Shown here: one piece after another, positions 14,346-26,229 of the stretch | How positions within the stretch are numbered: the stretch's first letter is position 1 | Layout of the letters: each line of letters begins with the position of its first letter | From: Octopus vulgaris | Taxonomy: Eukaryota | DNA: 64,000 bases | Assembly: GCA_951406725.2 (NCBI GenBank) | Contig: OX597817.1 | Location: 13,764,001 to 13,828,000 of the forward strand | Reading direction: 5' to 3' | Made by a program: the position numbers and the translations under genes | Notes under the pieces: model-generated | Databases searched by the model: none | What the model was told of the DNA's origin: nothing | Seen by the model: the letters and a program-made list of their open reading frames with translations, nothing else

Positions 14346-14810
14346 TAAACTTTGGTTACCTTTTGTCAATCACTTATGTCACGACCGCGGCTATGTTAGG
14401 GCGGTACCCGAAGGGTTTTATGTGAATAAATTGACCACTAGTATCAATTTTATTGACATCTTTTGTTAAATCGTTAAGGAGACGTCATTGATTGGTTGAA
14501 ATTACCGAAATACAACAACTTGAACACGAAATAAATTCGTAAATATAAACTTTTCTCAAAACCGCTAAGAGTAAAAGATGTTTTATATTCCCTTACTCTT
14601 TACTCTTTTACTTGTTTCAGTCATTTGACTGCGGCCATGCTGGAGCACCGCCTTTAGTCGAGCAACTCGACCCTGGGACTTATTCTTTGTAAGCCTAGTA
14701 CTTATCCTATCGGTCTCTTTTGCCGAACCGCTAACCAGCATATGAAGTTTGAAAGTGTTTAGTTACAAAAAGATATTTTCTAAATCTGCCGGTCAAAAGG
14801 TAAAGCTCCT
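14346..14810. mobile_element. Probable DNA-transposon MITE interrupted by a SINE A 3' fragment (14591-14735, minus)
   Basis: Ends ttaccttttgtc / gtcaaaaggtaa are inverted repeats. A SINE A 5' part follows at 14813-14940. Confidence 0.45.
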
Positions 14811-15309
14811 AATTTCCGTCTACTAAATTCACTCACAAGGCTTTGGTTGGTCCGGGGCTATAGAAGAAAACACCTGCCCCAAATACTGTGCAGTGGAACC
14901 GACCCTGAAACCACGTGGTTGCAAAACAAGCTTCTTAACCAGATAGTAAATGATACCAGTAATACATTTGAATAGATTTGTTTAATTATATCTTTTTACA
15001 ACAAATTTATATACCATAAGCTAATATGAAAAATAATAATAATTAAAACAATAGTTTTGTCTGGTCGATAACGTATTATCAACCCCTTAGAGATGAAACG
15101 GAAAATCGACCATAGTTAGATCTAAACAGAAACTAGAGAGACAAAATTAAATACTGCACTATATCCACTCTTTTATGTTTTAATATGGTTTTAAAATACA
15201 CGAATTACTCATCTAAGGTGGCGAATTTGTATGCGGTAAATATATATTCCCAGACTTCGAGTTCAAATTCAGGCGCGGCCAATTTTGGGCTTTTAACTTT
15301 CCGGATTTG

Positions 15310-15397
15310 ATTGAGTACCATGTACTGAGTTCGATTTTGTTTTCTCTTTTGGAATAGGAGAGAAAGAAAGAATGAATGAATGAATGAATGAAAGAAG

Positions 15398-15445
<48 letters not shown>

Positions 15446-15564
15446 GAGAGAAAGAGAGAGAGAGAGAAAGAGACAGACTGACAGAAATTGAACCAGTACT
15501 TCTTTAGGGTCCAAACCCTTTGTGTGCCAAGTACTGTGTTTGATTTCTTTTCTCTTTAGCAATA

Positions 15565-15631
<67 letters not shown>

Positions 15632-15735
15632 AGAAACAGACAGACAGACAGACAGGAATTGAACCAGTACTTCTTTAGGGTCCAAACCCTTTGTGTGCCA
15701 AGTACTGTGTTTGATTTCTTTTCTCTTTAGCAATA

Positions 15736-15814
<79 letters not shown>

Positions 15815-16045
15815 AGAAACAGACAGACAGACAGACAGTACTTCTTTAGGGTCCAAACCCTTTGTGTGCCAAGTACTGTGTTTGATTTCTTTTCTCTTTA
15901 GCAATAAGTGAGAGATAGAGAGACACAGAGACAGAGAGAGAGAGAGAGACAGAGACAGACAGACAGAGAGAGAGAGAGGGAGACAGAGAGAGAGAGAGTA
16001 GGGAAAAGAGAGAGAGAAATCGAACCAGTATTTCTTTATGGTCTT
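15310..16045. repeat. Minisatellite: ~170-180-bp unit with a variable (GA)n tract, three clear copies plus degenerate flanks
   Basis: cagtacttctttagggtccaaaccctttgtgtgccaagtactgtgtttgatttcttttctctttagcaataag occurs near 15494, 15665 and 15836. Confidence 0.9.
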
Positions 16046-17180
16046 GTATGAATCCCTTTGTGTTTTGAAGAACACAACGAGAAAGGCAGGATTCACCTTG
16101 GACTCTAAGTACTGTGCTGAATACTTTTTCTGTTGCTGTTGTTTACAGCGATACACAAGCTTTTTCTTTTTCATTTTTCGCAGGACTCAACAGAGATATT
16201 TTAACCCTCGGTTCTTCACTTTCCAGAGCCAAGAGAACATATAAGATAGACAGCGGCGAGCAAAAGGCATTGTAGCATTTAGTTGCGTCCTTTTTTTCCT
16301 TTTTTACGTTCTATATTGAAATCCCGCTGTGGTCAACTTTGCCTTTCATCCTTCCGAGGTCGATAAAATAATTACCAGTCAAGTACTAGCGTGCTTTTAA
16401 TCGACCGTACCCCTATCAAGAATTTGTGGGCTTGTGCCGAGGTTTGAGAACGCATTTGCCAGTTAACAAAACACACACACACACTATTGTTATACACAAT
16501 ATTTTCCACTTTTGAGCCATTGTTATTCACTCACGCGTGTGGCACTCGATACCGTGAAGAACTTACGAAATCATATTGACTTTTTGTTATGCACTGCATG
16601 ACCGAATTTTCTAGATTGTTCTTTGATTGGAAAGATTTCGATACTATTCAATACCATTGAGTAATTAATGTTGCTGCTGCTAACTTTTATTACGCCATGA
16701 AAGGCTACAGATGGTGCATGTGCAGAGTATACTAACGCTGTTGAGAATAGGGTATCTATAGATAAAGAACTGCCTAGCGGACACGCTAGCTTGATGTTTA
16801 ACATCGTGTCATGATTAAATTGCACACCGTGAGAAAAACTTACCGAAAGATAGGTTAGCTATATGCATTGATAGTACGTTCAGTGTTGCTGCATATTGTT
16901 ATTGCTGGTGGATTGGCAGACTCGCTAGGGCGTCAGAGAAAAGGATTTGCAACATTTCTTCCGGGTCTTTGCATTCTTAGTTCAAATCCAGTCGAAGTCA
17001 ATTTTGCCTTTCGTATTTTCGAGGCCGATAAAATAAAGTACGTGTCTAAATAAACGGATCCATGGTATCGACTGACACCCACTCCCATCAAATTTGCTGT
17101 CCTTGTGTTTAAATCGTAAACAATTAATTTTAGTGTATGGAATTTGCAATACTGTCATGCATTTGATATACATACATGTG

Positions 17181-17251
<71 letters not shown>

Positions 17252-17253
<2 letters not shown>

Positions 17254-17490
17254 TCTTTTACTTGTTTCAGTCATTTGACTGCGGCCATGCTGGAGCACCG
17301 CCTTTAATCGTGCAACTCGACCCCAGGACTTATTCTTTTGTAAGCCCAGTACTTATTCTATCGGTCTCTTTTGCCGAACCACTAACGGGGACATAAACAC
17401 ACCAGCATCGGTTGTCAAGCAATGCTAGGGGACAAACACAGACACACAAACACACACACACGCACACATATATATATACATATATACGAC
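17252..17490 (-). mobile_element. SINE family A, 3' half
   Basis: Reverse complement of the 13853-14257 tail region. Confidence 0.85.
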
Positions 17491-17539
17491 GATATATATA
17501 TGCGTGTGTGTGTGTGTGTGTGTGTGTTTGTATGTGTGT

Positions 17540-17971
17540 TAAATAAAATGAAACATCAAAAACAAGGCTGTGTGGAATTTATAGGACATTTATAAAGAGA
17601 AAGGTTGCCTTACAGCTGTTTCTGAGATATTAGGGATATCCCTTCATCAGGGACGATATGAGAGAGTTAACTAGAAGGAGATAGTTGAGTTCAATATAAG
17701 GAGTTGTTTTGGAAAAGAATGGATACAGGAAGTATAAAGGGAAATAAAAGAATAGATATAAAAGCAAAAATATATGTTGGATGTTACAGTTGCAGTTCCG
17801 TTATCCAAAGAAAGTTCTGTGTAGAATGGGTAGAAATGCTTCTAGTATGTAGATTACGTCCCTGATGAAGGGATATCCCTAATATCCTCGAAACAGCTGT
17901 AAGACTACCTTTCTCTTTATAATGCCCTATAAATTCCATACACCCTTGGCTTTGTTGTCTCACTTTATTTA
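17540..17971. mobile_element. Inverted-repeat element with a hammerhead ribozyme core in each arm
   Basis: Arms 17540-17655 and 17857-17971. Plus-strand core CTGATGA(17862-17868)-aggGATAT..ATATCCtc-GAAAC-agct-GTA(17899-17901); mirror copy on the minus strand at 17611-17650. Confidence 0.8.
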
Positions 17972-18401
17972 GCATATACATGCTCACACAAGACTCGCAT
18001 TAGACTCCTCATTCGTATTATTATCGAACCGAGAGTCTAATTACCGCCTTCCCGTAGCACTTACGTAGCCTTACCTGCCATCTTGGGCCTTCTGGATACC
18101 AATACCTCTCATATATATATATATATATACATGTGTGTGTGTGTGTGTGTGTTGAGTGTTTCTGTTTCACTTTAGAGCAGTTCATTTTTTTAAAACTCCG
18201 ACACAGTTTATAAGGTGATACATAAGCACTCAACTATGAGTATATTGCATCTTATCACAGAAACGTCTGTAAGATAATGAAGTTCATTACATAAATTCTT
18301 ATTCCCTTGTCATTTATATAATCTCTTGTTACTGATCTGTACTCGATTATCGCTTTTCTCTCAAACATACGTATATTGTATAGCTATGTTTAAGCGATAT
18401 A

Positions 18402-18727
18402 AGGAGCACTCCGTCGGTTACGACGACGAGGGTCCCAGCTGATATGATTAACGGAACAGCTTGCTCGTGAAATTAACGTGCAAGTGACTGAGCATTCCAC
18501 AAACAAGTATACTCTTAACGTTGTTCTCAGGGAGATTCAGCGTGACACAGAATGTGACAAGGCTGGCCCTTTGAAATACAGGTACTACTCATTTTTGCCA
18601 GCTAAGTTGACTAGAGCAATGGGAAATGAAGTGTCTTGCTCAAGGACACAACGCATCGCCGGGAATTGAACTCCCGACCGTACGATCGTGAGCCGAATGC
18701 CCTAACCACTAGGCTACGCGCCTTCAC
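18402..18727 (-). mobile_element. SINE family C (head 1 + tail 1)
   Basis: tRNA-like head with A/B boxes and CORE-like tgtgtccttgagcaagacactt. 20-bp TSD agctatg(t/c)ttaagcgatata at 18382-18401 and 18728-18747. Confidence 0.9.
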
Positions 18728-18792
18728 AGCTATGCTTAAGCGATATATATACATGCATACATGCATACATACATATATATATATATATATAT

Positions 18793-19150
18793 TAGCGGTT
18801 CGGCAAAAGAGACCGATAGAATAAGTACTAGGCTTACAAAGAATAAGTCCCGGGGTCGATTTGCTCGACTAAAGGTGGTGCTCCAGCATGGCCGCAGTCA
18901 AATGACTGAAACAAGTAAAAGAGTAAAAGAGAGAGTATACATATATGTGCGTATGTGTGTGTATTTGTGTTTGTCCCCCATCACCACTTGACAACCGGTG
19001 TTGGTGTGTTTACGTCCCTGTAACTTAGCAGTTCGACATAAAGACCAATAGAATAAGTACTAGGCTTTAAAAAGTCCTCGAGTCGATTTGTTCGACTAAA
19101 ACCCTTGAAGGTGGTATTCCAACATGGCCGCCGTCAAATGACTGAAACAA
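18793..19150 (+). mobile_element. Two SINE family A 3' fragments in tandem
   Basis: 18793-18935 is near-identical to the family tail; 18950-19150 is a more diverged copy. Confidence 0.8.
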
Positions 19151-19491
19151 AACAATATATATTGATGCTATTATGTTAAACTGTCATATGTCCAAATTTG
19201 GCCAAATGTGTTTTTTTTTATTCAATGTGTATTTATGCTTGCAATAGCCAGTTCTTTTGGTCAAACTATCGTATCTCCAGCTGCTTCAGATGCCAAGGTA
19301 TCAAAAATTGTCAAAGTGTTGTGCAACGGTTTTGCTATGGAATGGTGAAATTTTTTCTTTTCGTTTTCTGAAAAAGCAACGTTTTGGACTTACGACACTT
19401 GCGTAATAGCAACGTTATATATATATATATATATATATATATTTGAAGCATGACAACTGTTTCAGCTGTCGCGTCCCTCCGTAGAAATCGA

Positions 19492-19897
19492 TTGGCAGAA
19501 ACGTTAGCACGAAGGGCGAAATGCTTAGCGGTATTCCGTCTGCCGTTACGTTCTGAGTTCAAATTCCGCCGAGGTCGACTTTGCCTTTCATCCTTTCGGG
19601 GTCGATAAATTAAGTACCAGTCGCGCACTGGGGTGGATATAATCGACTTAATCCGTTTGTCTGTCCTTGTTGGTCCCTTCTGTGTTTAGCCCTTTGTGGG
19701 TAGTAAAGAAATGGGTATTCCGTCTGCCGTTACGTTCTGAGTTCAAATTTCGCCGAGGTCGACTTTGCCTTTCATTCTTTCGGGGTCGATTAAATAAGTA
19801 CCAGTTACGCACTGGGGTCGATGTAATCGACTTAATAACTATGTCTGTCTGTGTTTGTCCTCTCTATGTTTAGCCCCTTGTGGTCAATAAAGAAATC
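19492..19897 (+). mobile_element. SINE family B, tandem dimer
   Basis: Two body/tail units; TSD agaaatcga at 19483-19491 and 19898-19906. Confidence 0.9.
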
Positions 19898-20519
19898 AGA
19901 AATCGACGAACAGGGGAGAAGCACTGCAACACAAAGACGTACCACGTGACACTACGACTTCAACCGACGACGCCGGTAGGCAGACTGAATCGTGAGGGTC
20001 GTATCAAGTGGCTTCAAGCGGCGGAAGCCCGAACTGCAACGGGTTTACCCACAGAGAACGTTTTGTATACACCCTCGTAATTTACAGCCCATACAGTTGA
20101 CCACTATCGGCAAATCATGTAAGAAAGTCGTCTTTCTAGGACTACGAGAGACCACCATCATTCAGATATTTCATGTTTCTCCCGTGGTAGAAACATCTTT
20201 TTATTAGTGTGACTTTATAATTTGATTTGTGCCAGCTTTTTGCTGATGTATTCTATTTAAATGCTGTCAATATTTTTTCTTGTTTTCCTGTCTAGACTTG
20301 GTAATTTCCCAAACAACCACTTGCGGATATTATAACTAATTAAAGGAGTAGCTACAGTGTTGACATCTATCACCCTGTACATTTGCAAATAAGGCAATAA
20401 TATTCTTATGTGTTAGTAATATTCCTTTCTAACGTTTTTTGTCATTCGTGTGTTGTACTGTCTAGTTTATTATTCTTAAAGTCTGTGTTTGGTCTGATTC
20501 TATTATTATTATTATTATT

Positions 20520-20983
20520 GAGTGAGAGAGCAGTTCATGCCATCAAAGTGACACTGGGGTAAAATATACGAAGCCCAGTATACCCATCATGACTACCCGT
20601 CTGATAAAGGTACACCAGGCACATGCATCACAACCATATGTGCGCGACATGGTGATCTCATATCAAGATAAACAGCACATGACCTTGCAGGTGGGGCCCA
20701 GTTAGAATTTTCTTCAGGTTGAGTAGCCCATCCCGCTCAAACGGTCCCTGAATAAGGGTTGTTTAAGGATGTTGAAAGAACCACCCATGTTTCCAGAGGT
20801 GAACTATTCAAACCCCAAAGAATCCTCTCAACACATGGCTATGATGCTCCCCACTACTTCTGCTCGTGATCAGAGATGCACATATCGTCAGCCACTAAGG
20901 GACATGCTCAACTGGTTAAGGTCAAACAACTGACAAGCAAATCTGTGGTATTGAGCAGAATATTTGCTGTAGCCCATCTTTTA

Positions 20984-20985
<2 letters not shown>
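20520..20985 (-). mobile_element. ~465-bp non-coding element inserted in (TAA)n, copy 1
   Basis: Reverse-complement match to 46731-47191 with nearly the same ends; (TTA)n on both sides. Confidence 0.8.
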
Positions 20986-21046
<61 letters not shown>

Positions 21047-21047
<1 letters not shown>

Positions 21048-21410
21048 TATGGGTTTTTCTTTTTCTTTCAAATTTGCTTCCATTTGTTGCCGAGTGTCTT
21101 CCCGACTCCTAGGGCAAAGAAACTCATAGTATACATTGGTAGGTCATTAAACAAAACTCACTAGTTCGTTCATTTTTTTTTTTTTGATTGAAATAAAGTT
21201 AAATTAAAATACATGGGTAGTAATAGTTCTCACATCGACAATGCTCTTCTCAATACGTGTGATGTACCAGTTGAGACAATCTTTTGCACTTCTTGCAGGG
21301 ATGGTAAGCCAGGGATCATTCTCATATAATTTTCGGTTCCCTTCTTGATCATTCCTAGTGCTCCTACGATCACTGTTATTGTAACCGCCTTGAGATACCA
21401 CATTTTCTCA
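21047..21410 (-). pseudogene. R4/Dong-clade LINE 3' end (restriction-like endonuclease C-terminus) in (TAA)n
   Basis: Minus strand translates KMWYLKAVTITVIVGALGMIKKGTENYMRMIPGLPSLQEVQKIVSTGTSHVLRRALSM*; flanked by (TTA)n. Confidence 0.85.
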
Positions 21411-21485
<75 letters not shown>

Positions 21486-21497
21486 AATATTATTGTT

Positions 21498-21705
21498 AAG
21501 GCGGCGAGTTGGCAGAATTGTTAGCACGCCGGGCAAAATGCTTGGCGGCATTTCGCCCATTGCTACGTTCTGAGTTGAAATGCCACTGGGGTGGACTTTG
21601 CCTTTCATCCTTTCGGAGTCAATAAAATAAGTACCAGTTGAACACTGGGGTCGATGTGATCGACTAGTGTCATCCCCAAGAATTACAGGCCTTGTTCCTA
21701 TAGTA
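21498..21705 (+). mobile_element. SINE family B (alternative tail)
   Basis: aaggcggcgagttggcagaa...gcctttcatcctttcggagtc...ggccttgttcc. Confidence 0.8.
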
Positions 21706-21708
21706 GGA

Positions 21709-21776
<68 letters not shown>

Positions 21777-22055
21777 GTTATTATTATTCAATAGTCTTAT
21801 CTTTATCACATGCTTTCACAGAGTCGATATAATTGACTAACACCTCCCCCTAAAAAGCTGCTGGTCTTTTGCCAAAATTTGAAACCATTATTATTATCAT
21901 TATTTCGCACTTCGTCTCTTTGACCGAGCTGAAACCATGGGCTAATAGTAGACCGTGGTTGTATACTTGGTACCTAGTGTTCTCCCACGCACTTACAACA
22001 CTACACCATCTGGACAAACATTCGCAAGAAACAACTGTATGGGTTAGTTGGGATA

Positions 22056-22127
<72 letters not shown>

Positions 22128-22144
22128 CATCATCATCATCATCA

Positions 22145-22189
<45 letters not shown>

Positions 22190-22235
22190 GAAAAGAAAAG
22201 AAAAAGAAAGATCATCATCATCATCATTATTATTA

Positions 22236-22309
<74 letters not shown>

Positions 22310-22369
22310 GTTGTTGTTGTTGTTATTATTCAATAGTCTTATTTTATCACTTGCTTTCACAGAGCCGAT

Positions 22370-22600
22370 ATAAGATCGACACTCCACTTTCTTTCGGCAA
22401 GAAGGGAAGCAAATTCTTTTCTGCTTGGTAGGTATAGTGAAAGAGAATTTGTTTTGGATTCGTTTAAAGATAAGTATGTTCCTATCTGGCCAAGCCATCA
22501 TCAATTTCTTTAAGCACCGCTTGAAAAAGAGGTGATCCCTTCTAGTGTGTTTATCGAAAAGGTGAATGACAGTTGCAAAGCTGGCGAGTTTAAGTAGGCC
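22370..22600 (+). pseudogene. Probable L1/Tx1-type LINE ORF2 C-terminal remnant
   Basis: Translates EGKQILFCLVGIVKENLFWIRLKISMFLSGQAIINFFKHRLKKR*. Family assignment rests on resemblance only. Confidence 0.45.
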
Positions 22601-22973
22601 TACCCTGAATATGCTTTTCTAAGTTATAGAAAAGAAGCTTGAAGAAGGCACTTTCGGCGCATTGGAAATGGTTGAGTAACCCGGGCTATTATGTAGGGTA
22701 TTTCTCACGAATTATCTAAGGTGGGCTGCTACGTTATGGGGAATTTTTTTCATGTTGAAATGTTTTGATGGAATTTTAATTTTTTATGATTTTTATTATA
22801 TCTTTTGTGGCATCTATATTGTTGTTTTCGTTTTAATTGATGCAAACCCCACTTTTTTATTGTCTTTTGTCCTTTTATATTGCTCTCAATGTTTTGGGCC
22901 CTTGTAGCCAAAAAGGCAAATATCATTATCATCATTATTACCATTATTATCATTATTATCATTATTATTATTC

Positions 22974-23354
22974 AGTAGTTTTATTTTTATTTTTATAGCG
23001 TGCTTTCACTTCACTACCGAGCGCAGCTCTGTGTGCCTTGGGTATGTGCTGTGATTTGTTGTGATGCTCTGATGGTTATTGTATGGAAAGTGTTCTGCGT
23101 AGGATGTGTGCAGTGCCTAGTAGTGCAATTTTCTGTATGTTATATGTGTTTGTAAGTCCTGGTGTTTTTGTTATGTATTTGTCTGAATATTTTTTTATCA
23201 TGCCTAATGCACCTACTATGATAGGAATTGTTTCTGTTTTCAGATTCCACATTCTAGTTACCTCTATTTCCAGGTCTTTGTATTTTGAGAGTTTCTCCAT
23301 TTCTTTTAGAGACACGTTGTCATCTGCCGGTACTGATACATCAATTAGAAAGCA

Positions 23355-23357
<3 letters not shown>
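22974..23357 (-). pseudogene. R4/Dong-clade LINE 3' end in (TAA)n
   Basis: KCFLIDVSVPADDNVSLKEMEKLSKYKDLEIEVTRMWNLKTETIPIIVGALGMIKK...IQKIALLGTAHILRRTLSIQ*, followed by a 3' UTR ending in (TAA)n. Confidence 0.92.
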
Positions 23358-23397
<40 letters not shown>

Positions 23398-24317
23398 TAA
23401 TTATTGTCATTGTTAATATGTTTGCGAGTGAAAGACGTCGATTTGGTGCCCGTAAGTTATAAAATTTTGTTGTTTTGAACAAAACTATTTTGGTTTTTGT
23501 GGCACCTTTTGTTATTAAGATAACTAGTATCTTTTAGGGCTAGGTAACTTTGTGAGATTTCCGTGTCTTTATGGCGAATTTCGTTATTTTAAAAAGCAAT
23601 TACCGCTTCTCAAATCGAGAGAGATGGCTTTTGGAAGAGAAATTGTGAAAATAGTATTTTTGCCATTACATGCTACATTAAACAGACAATGTATAATAAC
23701 AATGGCAATGACAACAACAAAAAAAAAAAAACATAAATTATAAAAGGCCTGAAAGTAACACTACCACTAACACCATGCCTTACACCACTACAAGCATTAG
23801 CAAAGAACAAGCAAGACAGAGAGGACATTGAAACAAACATATCCTCCACCACCAACAGTGCAAATTTTGATACAATAAATACCGAAGCTTACAAATGAAG
23901 TGGAAAAGTGTTCACAAACCCATGCAGAAAATTAGAAGTAGGTTTTATTTTTATCTGAACTGAGGAATGCAAAATTTCATCTCATCAAAAATAGCCGAAG
24001 GGACAGAAAAGCATCTACATCAACTACATGGCCATAGACACAAACAATAATGAAGTAACGAAATGTATATTAACAGAACTATTACACACAATTACTACAT
24101 CATACCATCACATAATATCTCAAGTCACAGTAAAATTATAAAAAAAGAAACAAGAAACATAACAGATTGAAGACAAAATATCCCAAGGGAATAGGAGAAA
24201 GTAATCAATATAAATATAAATAACTGCATGTTGAAGCATCCACAAAAATCCGGAAAGGCGGAAGATCTATAGTTTCAAGGAAAGTAGCTCTTCTCGCTTT
24301 CCTCCCTCTTGTCGAAC

Positions 24318-25030
24318 ATGGCCATACTAGAATAGGCAGTGTGGGTGCACATGGCCAGAGACCGCCTTGGAAGCAGAAACACCTATTCAACGACTTTAGA
24401 TCACTAAATGTAGATGTGGTGGCTATTAGCGAGACCGGGATTTCCAAGGCACGAGATTTTGCGCTCATCTTTGGTGGCTGATAGTTAGATGTATCTCCAG
24501 GTCTGCTGGAAATGGGTGATGGAGTAACTGAGTTGTTTTCTGGAAAGGCTGGATCTTGGGATACAGATTATCTTTCTGGACCCAGAAGTCAGTGATGTTA
24601 GACAGGGCAAGCAGTGAAGGGCATGCTTTTAGGCTTGTAACCTTTTTACAGACAGAGGTGGGGCGGCTAAATTTCTTTGGAAGTCTTCCTTTGAACGTTC
24701 CACCTTTTAGTGCTAGTGCATTATCGGAACGGCATCTTCGATGCACGAAGAGAATATGTGAGGCTACCAAATAGGAAAGGCAGGTGGAAAAAACTTGCAA
24801 ACTTGTTCAGCCGTTTTCAGCTGGCTGACAAATATCCACTACATTTTCCCGAATGCGCCCATGTAGGCATGGAAAATTCGTAGAAAACTCCAGATCGTAT
24901 CTAGATAGAGTTTTTTGTAGGGTTAGCGTAGGTTGTCCACAATCCAGACCACAAATTTGTAATTTGTTTAATCGACCTAGATAAACTTTATAGGCAGGGC
25001 CCCGGTTATTGGAAGCGGAACTTGGTTTTC
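24318..25030 (+). pseudogene. L1/Tx1-type LINE apurinic endonuclease remnant
   Basis: HTRIGSVGAHG...KQKHLFNDFRSLNVDVVAISET (from 24323), then IIFLDPE, AFRLV, RSYLDRVF and QGPGYWK across frameshifts. Confidence 0.75.
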
Positions 25031-25591
25031 CCGGTGAGTCAAGCTTACAGGCTGGTGGCGGGCGTAGATGTAACAAAGAATAACACGCGATCGGTTGGAG
25101 TCTATATGGATATGCAAGTTCTGCTGATTCTGAAGGCTGCCAAGTTATTCTGGAGCTGTTACTTCACTGTGGATGAAGAGTAAAAAAGTCATTAAAGTGA
25201 TAGTGCAGAGCAGAAATCCCGGTTTCAGTAAGCGTAGCAGAAACAGTCACCTGGTGGGATTTCCCCCAGAGAATGCAATAAAGCAGTGAAAGAGAGTCGA
25301 ATGGTGACCAACAGCAGAGCTAGCGACAATAGCAACAACAACAATAGCCGGACATAGAAGCTTTCCAGAACACTACTAGTAATTTCTTTGAGGATAGCTG
25401 GAAAGCTGTCCTTGTCCTCAATACCAGGAGGCAGCGATCAGGAAATCGGTAGGGGTCTCGTTCTGGTTGTTCTACCCCTTCGTCGCAAGACGATGATGAA
25501 CAAACCAGGAATATACAGGTGCGGAAAACTATCTGGGACAACGAAAAAGAAAAAAAAAACCCCACAAAAGTGAACCTAAACTAAATAGTAT

Positions 25592-25972
25592 AGGAGCACT
25601 CCGTCGGTTGCGACGATGAGGGTCCCAGCTGATACGATCAACGGAACAGCTTGCTCGTGATATTAACGTGCAAGTGGCTGAGCACTCCACATACACGTAC
25701 CCTTAACGTAGTTCTCGAGGAGATTCAGCGTGACACAGAGTGTGACAAGGCTGGCCCTTTGAAATACAGGTACAAGAGAAACAGGAAGAAAGAGCGAGAG
25801 AAAGTTGTGGTGAAAGAGTACAGCAGGGTTCACCACCAACCCCTGCCGGAGCCTCGTGGAGCTTTAGGTGTTTTCGCTCAATAAACACTCACAATGCCCG
25901 GTCTGGGAATCGAAACCGCGATCCTCCGACCGCAAGTCCGCTGCCCTAACCACTGTGCCATTGCGCCTCCAC
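25592..25972 (-). mobile_element. SINE family C chimera (head 2 + tail 1)
   Basis: Tail matches 18402-18586 and head matches 39245-39435. TSD acctaaactaaa at 25574-25585 and 25975-25986. Confidence 0.9.
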
Positions 25973-26229
25973 TCACCTAAACTAAAAGCAAGATACTCAA
26001 ACAGGAGATTTACACTCTTTCGAGTAGCCAAGGAAGAACTGTTGGATCTATTGAAAAAAAAAAAAAAAAACGGAATATTCTTCGAATCTCATAACAATTT
26101 CTCTGGTAATTCTGTACCATTTGTAGTAGTATTTGTAGTTGTTTATCAATCTGCAGCGTCCAACTTGAGATCAACTAAGGTGGCTGATTGTTCTCCCATA
26201 ATATTTGTGACTGAGCCTAATTTGGTTTA

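Noticed and set aside
15293-16174. 293-aa ORF with repeated KHSTWHTKGLDPKEVL
   Set aside because: Product of the minisatellite and (CT)n tracts.
21408-22504. Poly-Asn/Ile/Leu/Tyr ORFs
   Set aside because: Translations of (TAA)n tracts.
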